Shown here piece by piece: positions 51,403 through 64,000 of a DNA stretch of 64,000 bases; position 1 is the first letter of the stretch; every line of letters begins with the position of its first letter. Under the pieces are notes generated by a model. That model was not told the origin of the DNA. It saw nothing but the letters and a program-made list of their open reading frames with translations, and did no database searches. The stretch is from Mobula hypostoma. Lineage: Eukaryota. Location: positions 112,284,001 to 112,348,000 of the forward strand of contig NC_086097.1 of NCBI RefSeq assembly GCF_963921235.1, given 5' to 3'. The translations under genes and the position numbers were made by a program.

Positions 51403-52094
51403 AAACAACAGGAATTCTGCAGATGCTGGAAATTCAAGCAACACATATCAAAGTTGCTGGTGAATGCAGCAGGCCAGGCAGCACCTCTAGGAAGAGGTAC
51501 AGTCGACGTTTCAGGCCGAGACCCTTCGTCAGCACTAACTGAAGGAAGAGCTAGTGAGAGATTTGAAAGTGGGAGGGGGAGGGGGAGATCCAAAATGATA
51601 GGAGAAGACAGGAGGGGGAGGGATGGAGCCAAGAGCTGGACAGGTGATTGGCAAAGGGGATATGAGAGGATCATGGGACAGGAGGCCCAGGGAGAAAGAC
51701 AAAGTGGGGGGGAACCCAGAGGATGGGCAAGGGGTATAGTCAGAGGGACAGAGGGAGAAAAAGGAGAGTGAGAGAAAGAATGTGTTTATAAAAATAAATA
51801 ACGGATGGGGTACGAGGGGGAGGTGGGGCATTAGCGGAAGTTAGAGAAGTCGATGTTCATGCCATCAGGTTGGAGGCTACCTAGACGGAATATAAGGTGT
51901 TGTTCCTCCAACCTGAGTGTGGCTTCATCTTTACAGTAGAGGAGGCCGTGGATAGACATATCAGAATGGGAATGGGATGTGGAATTAAAATGTGTGGCCA
52001 CTGGGAGATCCTGCTTTCTCTGGTGGACAGAGAGTAGGTGTTCAGCAAAGCGGTCTCCCAGTCTGCGTCGGGTCTCGCTAATATATAGAAGGCC
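51403..52094 (-). mobile_element. Young 5'-truncated Penelope-like element (GIY-YIG C-terminus, UTR, hammerhead)
   Basis: 7-bp TSD CTCATCC (51396-51402, 52095-52101); LLYISETRRRLGDRFAEHL...LRLEEQHLIFRLGSLQPDGMNIDFSNFR*. Confidence 0.9.
51501..51536 (-). ncRNA. Minimal type I hammerhead ribozyme (stem I closing pair mismatched)
   Basis: AGTG CTGACGA AGG gtctcgg CCT GAA ACGT C GACT. Confidence 0.65.
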
Positions 52095-54874
52095 CTCATC
52101 CCTCCACTTCCTCATCCAGGTCATTTATAAAAATCACAAAGAGAAGGGGTCCCAGAACAGATCCCTGAGGCACACCACTGGGACTGACTTCCATGCAGAA
52201 TATGACCCGTCTACAACCACTCTTTGCCTTCTGTGGGCAAGCCAGTTCTGGTTCCACAAAGCAAGGTCCCCTTGGATCCCATGCCTCCTTACTTTCTCAA
52301 TGCATGGGGTACCTTATGAAATGCCTTGCTGAAATCCATATACACGACATCTACTGTTCTGCCTTCATCAACATGTTTAGTCACATCCTCAAAAAATTCA
52401 ATCAGGCTCGTAAGGCACGACCTGCCTTTGACAAAGACATGCTGACTATTCCTAATCATATTATGTCTCTCCAACCCAGCCCCTCAGGATCGTTTCCGTC
52501 AACTTACCAACCACTGAAGTAAGAAAGACTCACTGGTCTATAATTTCCTGGGGTATCTCTAGTCCCTTTCTTGAAAAAGGGAACAACATCTACAACCCTT
52601 GAATCCTCCGGAATCTCCCCCATCCACATTGATGATGCAAAGTTCATTGCCAGAGGCTCATCAATCTCCTCCCTCGCTTCCCACAGTAGCCTGAGGTACA
52701 TCTCATCCGGTCCCAGAGACTTATCCAACTTGATGCTTTCCAAAAGCTCCAGCACACCCTCTTTCTTAATGTCTATATGCACAAGCTTTTCAATTCACTG
52801 TAAATCATCCCTACAATTGCCAAGATCCTTTTCCGTAGTGAATACTGAAGCAAAGTATTCATTAAGTACCTCAGCTATCTCCTCTGGTTCCATACACACT
52901 TTTCCACTGTCACACCTGAATGGTCTCTTCACATACCTGTAGAATGCCTTGGGGTTTTCTTTAACCTGCTCGCCATGGCCTTCTTGCTCTCCTAATTTCA
53001 TTCTTAAGCTCCTTTCTGCTAGCCTTATAATCTTGTAGATCTCTATCATTACCTAATTTTTTGAACCTTTCACAAGCTTTTCTTTTCTTGACTCGATTTT
53101 CAACAGTCTTTGTACACCACGGTTTCTGTACCCTAACAGCCTTTCCCTGTCTCATTGGAACATACCTATGCAGAATGCCACGCAGATATCCCCCGAACTT
53201 TTGCCACGTTTCTGCCAGACATTTCCCTGAGAACATTTGTTTCCAATTTATGCTTCCAAATTCCTGCCTGATAGTTTCATATTTCCCCTCCCTCCAATTA
53301 AACGCTTTCCTAACTTGTCTGTTTCTATCCCTCTCCAAATCTATGGTAAAGGAGGTAGAATTGTGATCACTATCTCCAAGATGCTCTCCCACTGAGAGAC
53401 CTGACACCTGACCAGGTTCATTTCCCAATACCAGATCAAGCACAGCCTCTCCTCTTGTAGGCTTATCTACATATTGTGTCAAGAAACCTTCCTGAACACA
53501 CCTAACAATCTCCACCCCATTTAAACACCTCGCTCTGGGGAGATGCCAATCAATATTTGGGAAATTAAAATCTCCCACCACAACAACCCTGTTATTATTA
53601 CACTTTTCCAGAATCTGTTTCCCTCTCTGCTCCTCGATAAATATAATATATTTATCTGTGTAACCACCCATCACCATGCCAGCAACAGGTGCAACAAATA
53701 CCTTCAGTAAAGTCAGGGATTCCCACCTATGGTCCACAGACTCCTTGGTTAATAGTAGGGGTCCATGGCATTAAAAAAGGTTGGGAGTCCCTGCATGAAG
53801 TGTATGCCTACGCTCAGAATTCAATATATATTGAATTAATAAATCACTTTGAATGGAGTAAAAAAGCACACTCATTAAAGATTTTGCAAGTGAAGACAAA
53901 AGTGAACTGTGGAGCATTTATGGATGCTAGAAAGCTGAGTACCATAAATGATTGTGATAAATATTATCTGCAACCGCAGGTGAACCTGTGGTTCTTGAGG
54001 GGCTTGCATTCCTACAATCCAGCAAGTATCATGATTTGCTATAAAGCAAAACAGCATCATCTGCCAATGAGTCAAGAAATGTGAATTGAAAAGAAATAAC
54101 ATTTTTGTTTATCTATATACATTCTTAATATAAGTTCAGTTTTATTTTCTTTCTCAAAGTTTTGGATATTTACGAATTCTGCAAGGGTGAATTTCCAATA
54201 TCCAAGTGAAATTGGACTGTTAAATGTTTTAACTGCTTTACTAAGAAATTATTTGTAATTACTATTCATTTTCACACAAATATAAATTTTCTTTTGACTT
54301 AATATATTTTCACATTGAAATCACTGATTGATATACATTATTGATTAAGACATTTCCTTTAGATCTTTTTCCTCAAGTTTGCAAGGAAATGATATACAAT
54401 TCTATAAATAATCTGCATTCTTAAATCTATATTCCCAAATAATGAAGCACATTTTATTTTCAGTGTTATCTCAAAACTCATCAATAAAATAGAGATGGGC
54501 CTTAGTGGAGGCAATTTTCAAACACATTCAGAACTAATAATGTATAATAAATTCGAAACCAATTCCAACTGGATTCAGTTTATCCTTTGGACAAGTACCA
54601 TTCAATGCAATCACTTCTCTGGGCTGGATACAGAGAGTGATCCCCTGCCCTGTACCCAGGTTGTGTTCAACAGCCTGTATTGAAACATCCATGGCAACCT
54701 GGCTTCAGGTGGCATAGTCCAGTCAAACTCCTAGACCTCTATAATAAACCTTGACAGAAGGGAAGTCTGGAAGTGGAACTGTGCCTCCTGTCAGTCAGTT
54801 AAGGCTCTGTGACTTTTCTTAAACGTTTGTAATTTTCACGGACATTTAAAATATGTTACATGTACTTAATCAAG

Positions 54875-55350
54875 AACATGGAACATTACAGCACAGTACA
54901 GGCCCTTCGGCATATGATATTGTGCCAATATTTTAACCTATTCTAAGATCAATCTAACCCTTATCTCCCTACATAGATCTCTATTTTTCTATCATCCATG
55001 CGCCTATCTAAGAGTTTCTTAAATTTCCCTAATATATTTGCCATTACCACCACCCTGGCAGTGTGTTGCATGCACCCATCACTCTCTGTGTAAAGAAATT
55101 ATCTCTAACATCACCACTAAACATTCCTCCAATCATCTTAAAATTATAGAAACATAGAAAACCTACAGCACAATACAGGCCCTTTGGCCCACAATGCTGT
55201 GCCAAACATGTACTTATTTTAGAAATTACCTAGGGTTACCCATAGCCCTCTATTTTTCTAAGCTCCATGTACCTTATGCTCCCTTGTATTAGCCATTTTT
55301 TGCCCTGGGAAAAATGTCCCTGGCTATCATCCATCTCTGCCACTTATCAT
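54875..55350 (-). mobile_element. Two nested CR1 3' ends (inner ~55147-55273)
   Basis: The inner piece is near-identical to the tail at 50493-50620; the outer CR1 UTR resumes after it. Confidence 0.75.
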
Positions 55351-56103
55351 TTTGTAATTAAAATGAAAATGACTATTTTTTAAAGAAAATTAATAAAACA
55401 CATTGAAACACTAAAATGTCATTTAAAACATTACAATAAAGCAAAATATGTGAAGAGAATGACTGAAATTGGATCACTTACCTTTTACAGGGCCAGTATC
55501 TCCATTCAAGAAAGTAGGATCACATTTTCATCCGCAGTTCTGACAGGCCGAGATAGGAAGGTGAATTCCCCATTGTTGACATTCTGTATGTCTCTCAGCA
55601 CATCCTGGACTTAAGGTAGATTTGCATATATCCGAAGTTTATTTAAAGGGGAGTGACTAACCTCACCATAATTTCAGTTTGGTTTCTTGTGTTGGATAGC
55701 AGGTGTCAACGTTGGTTGAAAGGGGTATCCTTACAATCCAAAAGATAATCTTCACTTTTGTAAATAATCCCTACATTATTCATTCCAGACTCAATCTTGT
55801 GGTGATAAGGTACTTTGAAACAATAAGTTACACTGTACATTCATTCATTACTTGCTGTCTATCAGAACCACTACAACAATTGGAGCTTAATGTGTCCTAA
55901 AATCCTTAAGTTAAATGCTATTTGAACTTGCTATTATTTTCAAAATTTTAAGCATCATAAAACGGGACAAACATAATGAAATTGTTACTGTAGCCAGCTC
56001 GCAACTGATCCAGAAATTATCTTCAGCATTTAGAATGCTTCCTGTGCAGCTACAAAGGACAAACATAATGTTGATAAAAGTCTTTAAAAGAAGTTACACA
56101 TAC

Positions 56104-56345
56104 CTGTTTGACTGAGCTGTGAAGTGCTACGGCTACGCCTCGAGAGACCAACGATAGCTACCATTTTGGCGCCGATGCTGGATCTTCGTTTTTTGCCACC
56201 GGCGGCAACAGTGCCCACAGCTGTGTCAGATTGGCTGCCATCGTTCTTCTCTATGCTGTACATATCTCCGATCACACTGGTGCTTTTCATCATATTCTTT
56301 CCTGAGGTCGGCATCTGTTTGCTTTGCAGTTTAGATGTAAAGACA
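56104..56345 (-). CDS. RIMS2: Internal coding exon of a RIMS-family gene (regulating synaptic membrane exocytosis; region upstream of the C2B domain). Best match RIMS2; RIMS1 or a long RIMS3 not excluded
   Basis: Translates VFTSKLQSKQMPTSGKNMMKSTSVIGDMYSIEKNDGSQSDTAVGTVAAGGKKRRSSIGAKMVAIVGLSRRSRSTSQLSQT, matching the recalled RIM motifs NDGSQSDTAVG / KKRRSS.GAKMVAIVGLS / SQLSQT. Acceptor cacag| at 56350-56346, donor G|gtatgt at 56103; 242 bp, phase 2 to phase 1. Family is confident, paralog less so. Confidence 0.9.
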
Positions 56346-57348
56346 CTGTGAGCCGTTGGTACAGATAAGTTACATTGACAGAGAATATAGGGGGGCGGGG
56401 AAGGAGAGTAGTTTCAACTAGAGGGATCGGGAAACGCGAGGACAAAGCAATTCAGCTCAAGGTATTGCCGAGCAAGGATAAAATATTTCCCTCACTCCTC
56501 TAGAGTCTAGACAGTTTTAGCAAGTCTAATTTTAATTGAAATGACAAATAAAATCAAATGAAAACTTTGTAGACACATGCAGCAGTTGATGTTTTTTTTC
56601 GGTAACTCTTCCAGTCTTCTCATAAGTAGGCTGATACAGAAAATAAGCAGTCATTTTGGATGTAGAACAGCCTAACTCAGTCAGAAACCAAAACAAAGCA
56701 AATATACTGCCCTTAGTGCACCTAGGATACATGGGCTCATATACATTGCTGATATTCTTTGGAGCTGTATAAGACCTGCTAATCACAAAACTTATGTTAA
56801 TATATTTTCACCCATCATATGAAACTGAAGTACAAAGTGGGGAGTGGTTGCAAAGGCCTTTATTGGAAAATATAACTTACTCAGGAAACATGCTCATAAT
56901 TCCCTAAAGGGAATATCTATCCATGAAACTTCCAAAATTCTAATTTAGTAACATTAACAATTTGTTCAAATGTTTATTTGATGTTGTGATGGCTCGGTGC
57001 ATTATCCAGAGTTGTACAGATAGGCATATAAATCAGGGAAGTCTCAGCTTCTCTGAATGATCCCATCTGGTTTAACAATTCTTATGATATATCAGGAACC
57101 TAAGCAGCATTTCAAATCCCATATTTTTTCTTTCTTCCCTGGTCCTTTTGCACAACTCCTTGTTAATTGTAGTCTTAAACACAAGGATTAACTGCATTTA
57201 AACTAGACCCTTCAGGATTATGGCATCCAACTTGACCTGAAGCTAAGTTTTCGACACATATTCTCATTGCCAAACCTGCTGATGTCCCCTTCCACATTAT
57301 CATCCTTTTTTACCCGTGGCTGTCTTTCTGTTGAAACCCTCATTTCTG

Positions 57349-57579
57349 GCTTTATTACTCCCATTTGTGACCTTTCTAATGTTTCCATGAACTGCCTCTC
57401 ACTTCACAGCTTTCCAAAACCTGACAGCATCAAAGTTTGACACCCATTCAACCTGCTTGCTTGGTCAGTGCTTTATTACTCCTATTTCTGACTACTCTAA
57501 TGTTTTCACAAACTGCCTCTCACTTCACAGCTTTCCAAAACCTGAGAGCGTTGAAGTTTGACACTCATTCAACCTGCTT
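57349..57579. repeat. Tandem duplication, period 121 bp, ~1.9 copies
   Basis: gctttattactcc...aactgcctctcacttcacagctttccaaaacctga...cattcaacctgctt at 57349 and 57470. Confidence 0.9.
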
Positions 57580-60500
57580 CAGTTTCAGTATCACATAGTC
57601 TTCTTCAAATCCTTCAATAACAAGACTCCTTCCTAATCCATAGCCTAATACAGCATAACAGTCCTCTGGGATCTCTTCATTCCTCCTGTTCCGATACTTC
57701 CTTGATGTCCTTTACTCCACTACTGACAGACATGTCTTCAGCAGCCTTTGGGTATGGAGTTTAATCACTGAACCTCTCCACATTCCCCAGCTTTACTTTC
57801 ATCTCCTCCTCTAAGATCTTCTTGAAAACCTAACACGTTGACCAGTTTCTGATCAATTTAGAAGAGTCATATCCAACTCTATTTAATGGAAGCACAACTG
57901 TCCTCAGACACTGTCCACTGTGTCCTTATCATACTTCATTCCATACAATTCCAATCAAAATTCTCTAGAGCCCAGAAATAAACATGGTCCCTTGTCTAAC
58001 CTCCTCTAATAATGTTAAGTCTTCCAGTGAAATGCAAAATATATCTATCAAATACTGAGGAATTCAGAATGGTAGAATGTATTCCGAGAAATTATCTAAA
58101 ATGGTAGTCAAGAAGCCACTTGTGTGAAACAAAATTATGGCGGACCACGAAGTTTTACACAACAGTTATCTGCAATAGGTGCAGATGGATGGACATTGTC
58201 TTTAGTCCCTGTGGAGCAATGGGCTCAAATGTGCACACGTTGCGTAACTGTGGATATCACCAGTAAAGACAGCTTCTAATGCCCACGCTGTTAAAATAAG
58301 TGCCCTAGGTGAACAGGGTTCAAAGTTTTGGGTTAAAAATGGATTAAAGTAATCACTTTCTTCTGGGTCTGGAGCTGTATGTAGACAAGACCAAGTAAGT
58401 ATGGCAGAATTTATTGCCTAACAAGCTTTAGTAAACCAGCTGTTTTCGCAGCAGTCTATGGTCAGTATTACCGATGCTAGGTTTATATTCAAGAATTCAG
58501 TCTAGGATCTTTTTAGCCAGGTTACAGGGGCATGAACCTGATTCTTTTTGCACTGCTGTTAATCATGTGTGTAAAATTTTCAGGGCTACCAGTGTAGAGA
58601 GTAATTGAAACTTGATCAGCCTGCCAAACTTCCTACCAGCCTCAATTTATAAAGTACTAACATGTCTGCACACATTTTCTTGCATCTTTTGTTGTGTAAG
58701 AAAACATGAGGCCAGAAAGGCAAAATGAAGCAGAATTCTACTCTGATATTCTTAGCATTTGCCAAAGGCTCATATCATAAAAGTTCATACTCATCATATC
58801 ATTTTCCAATCACTATCTATGTCAGATAAAAAAAATTTTGGGTTAATATGTCAAGCTTTGCTCTGCCTTCTCTTGACACGGGCTTTTATTCCCACACCCT
58901 TCTTAATTTGCTCAAAACAATCATTTGAACAAAATGATTGAACAAAAAACAAAAAAAAATCAGATGTGATGAAAGATCTCAGTAATATCTAAATGAGCCT
59001 CACATTTAGAAAGTAAAATTACTTTTGCATGTTAGATCAAACTAGAAATCACTTTGGACCCATTAGCCATCATTGTAAGGTTGTCCAAAACACTACAGGG
59101 CACTGTAAAAAATAAACAATGTATTTGGAAGTTTACCCAGGTCAGATTCACGTTTACTGATGTCACCCAGTATGGAGTATACATTTCAGCATTTACTAGG
59201 AGAAGTTGGATGTTAATAGTGCACCCCCCACCCAATGTTTATGACTCATGTACAAACACCACAGTAAATTATCAGGGTGTTGTGATAAAGGATTCATTCA
59301 TTGAACTGCTGTCTTTCTATTTCAGTTTTTACTCAACAGTCTATTTCTAATTTCATAGCTGGATGTTCCATTATTTTTAGCAATCCTTCTGTATAATTTG
59401 CAGCACAGGTACACGCTGCAGTCGCTGACAGGATGGTGTTGTCTCCATGCCTTCCAGTGGCACAATGTCAGTTGAGGCATAGGACTCAATCTGTTCATTT
59501 CTTGGTGAGCAGAAGGAGAGGTGAGAGTTGGTCACATATAGAAAACATGTAACCTACACTTTACTTTAACTCCATGGCATGCTTTTCTGCAGCTGTTCAG
59601 TGACTCCATGGAGAGAGCTTCTTAAGTGTTCGGATAGCTTCCCCATGCTTCATGGTTGCTGCAATCTCTGCAGGCGCAGTTTCAGTCAGGATCCACACAG
59701 CTAAAAGTTTTAATGCATGAACTATTTTTAATAGGGTTTTTGCCAATCTCCCTTTTTGTGGGATGCCCAATTGGGTTTGAAGATTGCACACATTACCTAT
59801 TTATCGCACCAAAAAAAGGTTGAGTTCCTATTGCAAGCATTGACAAAAATCTACCTACAATGTCTACTTAAGGTGGGAAAATGATAAAAAAGCTGACCAA
59901 AATCTACAGTCCTTTGTTCATCCAAGGACACATAAATCTATTCTCAAGCGAATAGGATTTTCACTTGAAAATCCTATTTTCAGCATTGCACCATAGAATT
60001 GACTTCCAATGGGATGATCAAACAGTTCGCGAAGAAACAGTTGTGGGCCACTCCAAGAACTAATATGACATTAATGTTTCAGGTACCAGAAATGTTCATT
60101 TAGGACTTTGTAAATCTTGGGGTTGGTTTTTGGCTCAAAGAGATTGCTCCTCCTGTTGCACTAACCTCCAAGTCAGCTCTGTAAGTGAAGTAGAAATTTT
60201 CCCACTCTCCACCTTTTCCAACTGGTTAATGCTCATTTCACACTGACAACTATTGAAGTTATACTGATGAGGTGTGGCCACTGTACTAGTTTTAGTCTCT
60301 GCCTAGTGTTTTTAGAAGGGTAATGCAACACACTACCTATTGTCAACAAGAGTACATCAAATAGGAGTTCACTTAAGAGGGAAATCAGGAGGACAAATAA
60401 ATCAAATAATTTTGGCAGAGAAGATAAAGGAGATTTCTGAGAGATTCTATGAATATATTAAGAGCAAAAGGGTAATGAAGGAGAGAATAAGAACTATTAA

Positions 60501-60671
60501 GTATCAATGTGCTTGTTTTTGTGTGGCCATATGGGAAATGGGAAAGGTCTTAATTGAATATTTTTCTTCTGTATTTAATATGGAGAAGATTACAGAAGGT
60601 GGGGAATTCAGGGAGGGGAACAGTAATATCCTGAAATATATCACGTCACTAAAGAAGTGCTTGAGTTCTTA

Positions 60672-60781
60672 GCAACATACATCAAAGTTGCTGGTGAATG
60701 CAGCAGGCCAAGCAGCATCTATAGGAAGAGGTGCAGTCGACGTTTCAGGCCGAGACCCTTCGTCAGGACTAACTGAAGGAA
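60672..60781 (-). mobile_element. 110-bp Penelope-derived insert carrying an intact hammerhead
   Basis: 9-bp TSD GAGTTCTTA (60663-60671, 60782-60790); near-identical to ~51438-51549. Confidence 0.85.
60735..60770 (-). ncRNA. Minimal type I hammerhead ribozyme, intact
   Basis: Stem I AGTC/GACT, core CTGACGA, stem II AGG/CCT, GAAA, palindromic ACGT stem III, GTC cleavage triplet. Confidence 0.8.
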
Positions 60782-62087
60782 GAGTTCTTAAATCCCTTAG
60801 GGGTGGCTAAGTTCCTGGGACCTGACAAAATATATCATAGAATACTGTGGGAAGCCAGGGAAGAAATGAAGGCCTAGCAGGCATATCTGTATCAGAGCTA
60901 GCCATGAGCAAGCTACTGGAAAATCAGTCTATGTGTCTTCATTCATGAAATGCGGCAAAAGCAATTCAGAGAACTCAGCCTGGTGAGCCAAACATCAGTG
61001 ATGTGATGGGCTTCTGAGAGACTAGATCTACCTGTATTTAGAAAGGCAAAGATTGATTAAGTTAGTCAGTATGTCTTTCTTTATGGGAGATCATGGATTT
61101 GAATTTTTGACAAGTGATCAGAAAGACTGACAAGGGCATGGCATTAAGTGTTGTCTATCTTGGACTTTAGCAAGACCTTTGACAAGGTACTAAATGGATG
61201 GCTGGCTAAGAAGGCTAGATCCAAAGTGAGCTAGCCACTTGAATACAGAATCAGTTTGGTGGTAACAATCACAGGGTGTCAGCGGAGGGCTGTTTTTCAG
61301 ACTGGAGGCTCGTCACCAGTGGCGTGCTCTGGGGATTGTTGTTGGTTGTCATCTATTTTAGCAACCTGGATGAGAATGTTATGATTAGGAACACATTGTT
61401 GGGATATTGTGGATGACATCAAAATTGGTAGTATAGTGGACAGTCAAGAAAGGTATCTAGGATTACAAATGGATTTAGAGCAGCTGAGAAAGTGGGCCAA
61501 GGAGTGGTAGATGGAATTTAATTTCAACATATGTACAGTGTTGCATTTTGGTAAGTTAAACCAGGGTAGGACTTACACAGTAAATGATAGGGCACTGAAA
61601 AGTATTGTAGAAGAGAGACCCAGAAGTAGCGGTATTTAGTTCTCTGAGAGTGGTGACACAGATAGACGGGGTGCGGAGGGGGGTGAAAAAGGCACCTGGC
61701 ACACGTGCCTTCATCGATGAAGGCATCAAGATGAACATACAAGAGTTGAGGCATCTCGTTACGTTACAGCTGTATAAGATGTTGGTTTGATCACATTTGG
61801 AGTACTGTGTGCAGTTCTGGTCACCCAGATTTAGGAAGGACGCCATTAATATGAAAAAGATGAAGAAAAAATTCACAAGGATTTGACCAGGACTGGAGTT
61901 ACAAGGAGAGAGTGGATAGACAGGAGCTTTATTGCCTGGAACAGAGGAGACTGAGTGGTGACCTTACAGAACCATATAAGGTCATGCTGACAGAGAAAGT
62001 GATACAGATGGGTACAATTACAAAAAGACATTTTGATCGGCAGATGGATAAGGAAAGCTTTACATAGATATGAGCCAAGCACAGACA

Positions 62088-62310
62088 AGGTAGTGTAGCA
62101 GTTAGTGTAATGTTATTACAGTGCTAATGATCCAGATTCAGTTCTGCCTCTCTCTGAACGAGTTTGCACATCCTCCCCATTACTGTGTGGGTTTCCTCTT
62201 GGTGTTCTGGTTTCCTCCCACATTCCAAAGACACACAGGTTCATAAGTTAATTAATCACAATTAGGCAGTGTACAGTGGGCTAGAAGGGCCTGCTACTGT
62301 GCTGTATTTC
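62088..62310 (+). mobile_element. tRNA-derived SINE (HE1-like)
   Basis: ggtagtgtagcagttagtgtaatg...gggtttcctcttggtgttctggtttcctcccacattccaaagac...gggctagaagggcctgctactgtgctgta (CR1-type tail). Confidence 0.8.
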
Positions 62311-62399
62311 AGACATAGATACCCAGCTTCCAACAGGATGCAAATTAGGTGGCTTCCATACTGCTAATAAAAACTCATTTGCTTTAATATTGCTAATAA

Positions 62400-62820
62400 A
62401 GACCAATCCACTTTGATGTTGGATGATATCAAAGCAAAATGAGGGAAAACTCGAAGCTGTAGAAATATGTTTTTTGAGAAGAATGATAAAAATATCGTGG
62501 AAGGACAGAGTAACAGATGAGGAGGTGTTGCAAAAAACTGGAATAAGAAGAGGGCTGATATCATCAATCAGGAAATGGTAGCTGGAATTTTTGGGACACA
62601 TACTGAGAAAAGAGAAGCTCAACATCTTGCAGTGATGGGAAAAATTGATGAATGAGAAAAGTCCCAGTCAACAGCACATGACATTCATAAGCTCCAGCAA
62701 GAGATGGACAAGCAAAAGTTTTGAGGAACTTATTAGAACTTCTCAGATTAAAGACAGATGGAAGACCATGATCGCCCATGTTACATGACTCGGCACATAA
62801 TGATGATATGATGATGATCT
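62400..62820 (+). mobile_element. RTE-clade LINE 3' end
   Basis: KLEAVEICFLRRMIKISWKDRVTDEEVL...LEFLGHILR; tail gaccatgatcgccca...gcacataa(tga)n. Confidence 0.8.
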
Positions 62821-63354
62821 GATGTCAGAAGAAGTGAAAAAATTGAATAGCAGTTACTGACACAAGCACAGTATGGATATCAAATGATTAAGTAAATGGG
62901 CTGTTTGACATGTGTTTTTCTTTTCTTTGTTGAAAAATTATTGCCACTACTCTGAGAACGAACAGTTCTCAGCCATTTTGAGATAAAGAGCACAATGCAA
63001 AACTGCCGTTTCAGATCAAATCCAGTCTCGATCATCTGGAGGAAGACTTTTCTTTAAGTTTCTCTTAAAAAATTAGAGAGTTAGAGATAGACAAACTAGT
63101 TTCATAGAGCAATTCAATGCCTAAAAGTAGTGGAAAGCAAGTAGAGATGTAAGGACTCTAATGAAGGGCCTCAGCCTGAAACACTTACTCTTTATTCTTC
63201 TCCATAGATGCTGCCTGACTTCTTGAGTTCCTCCAGCATTTTGCATGTATTACAGAGAATAAACAAATGCTGGTGAAGTTTATTGATAAGTGTTTTGATT
63301 CTGACCTGAAGAGAAGGCTACTGTCGAGGAAGTAAATACTGAATTAGCTGTAAC

Positions 63355-63625
63355 ACCATAAGATCACAAGCTATAGGAGCAGATTTAGGCCATTTGGCTT
63401 ATCAAATCTTCTCCGCCATTTCATCAAGGCTGATCCATTTTCCTTCTCAGCCCCAATCTCCTATCTTCTCCCCATATCCCTTCATACCCTGCCTAATCAA
63501 TAATCTATCAATCTCTGCCTTAAATATACCTAATGATTTGGTCTCCACAGCCACCTGTGGCAACAAATTTCACAGATTCATCGCTCTCTGGCTAAAGATA
63601 TTCCTCCTCATCTCCATTCTAAAAC
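63355..63625 (-). mobile_element. CR1 3' end fragment
   Basis: ccataaga...ataggagcagatttaggccattt; same family as 18442-18814. Confidence 0.8.
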
Positions 63626-64000
63626 TAAAAGTGATGTTAAGGGATGTTATGAAAAACAGAAATTGTGCAGTGAGCTAGTCAGTAATGCTAAAAAAAATGT
63701 AATTTTGGCAGGCTGTTCCAATCCTTCTGCAGTGAGGTGAATTTAATTAAACCAAAAGAGGGCAGCATAATTGCAGTTGGAGTGTTTTAGATGACATAAA
63801 CATATGGCCTATCTGCCTTCTCAGGTAGACAGAAAAAGATCCCATATTCAAGGATGAGTTAGAGGAAGTACAGGGTCAGTAGCACTGCCCTCCATAGCAG
63901 ACAAAATAAGTTTGAGGAAATGGGAATGCAAGCTTTGAATGCAGACAATGCACCTAAACAGGAAAATCTGAACCATTATTACTTGTGAATGTTTAAAAAA

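Larger units (their letters stand above)
50493..53638 (-). mobile_element. CR1 LINE (endonuclease-RT, frameshifted) interrupted by a Penelope-like insertion
   Basis: VGDFNFPNIDW, LDLVLGNEPG, SDHN, YMDFSKAF, LYRTLVKPRLDYCAQFWSP; aaacatagaa tail. Confidence 0.93.
60360..62086 (+). mobile_element. Old CR1 LINE (RT region to 3' end)
   Basis: FYEYIKSKRV...VLIEYFSSVF; ggactttagcaagacctttgacaagg; ttggagtactgtgtgcagttctggtcacc. Confidence 0.85.

Noticed and set aside
56386..56445. GC box (GGGGCGGGG) and CpGs near the exon as an internal promoter
   Set aside because: Equally explained as the pyrimidine-rich tract upstream of the minus-strand splice acceptor; no CpG island.
57349..57579. Repeat as a CRISPR-like or functional array
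   Set aside because: Only two copies with no spacers, in eukaryotic DNA; a simple tandem duplication.
59400..59800. Coding-like stretch as an upstream RIMS exon
   Set aside because: The provided ORF and my reading show no match to the expected SSDSDVSDVS-containing exon; unassigned.

Overview
Repeat-dense vertebrate genomic DNA, not prokaryotic. The mix of CR1, Penelope-like, Rex1/Babar, RTE and tRNA-SINE repeats suggests a cartilaginous fish, probably a ray (inference). Only one host exon is recognisable: a 242-bp minus-strand coding exon (56104-56345) of a RIMS-family presynaptic active-zone gene (closest to RIMS2; paralog uncertain). The rest appears to be intron filled with decayed, often nested transposons. 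Most notable: (1) two copies of a ~560-bp non-coding RTE-type retroposon whose 5' end folds as a complete HDV-like ribozyme with an unusual hairpin in L3, both insertions starting at the predicted cleavage G; (2) the second copy carries 117 bp of the first copy's flank plus a second tail; (3) Penelope-associated minimal hammerhead ribozymes, including a 60-bp TSD-flanked insert that begins within 1 nt of the hammerhead cleavage site. All folds and family assignments were made by eye and from recall; none was computed or searched.
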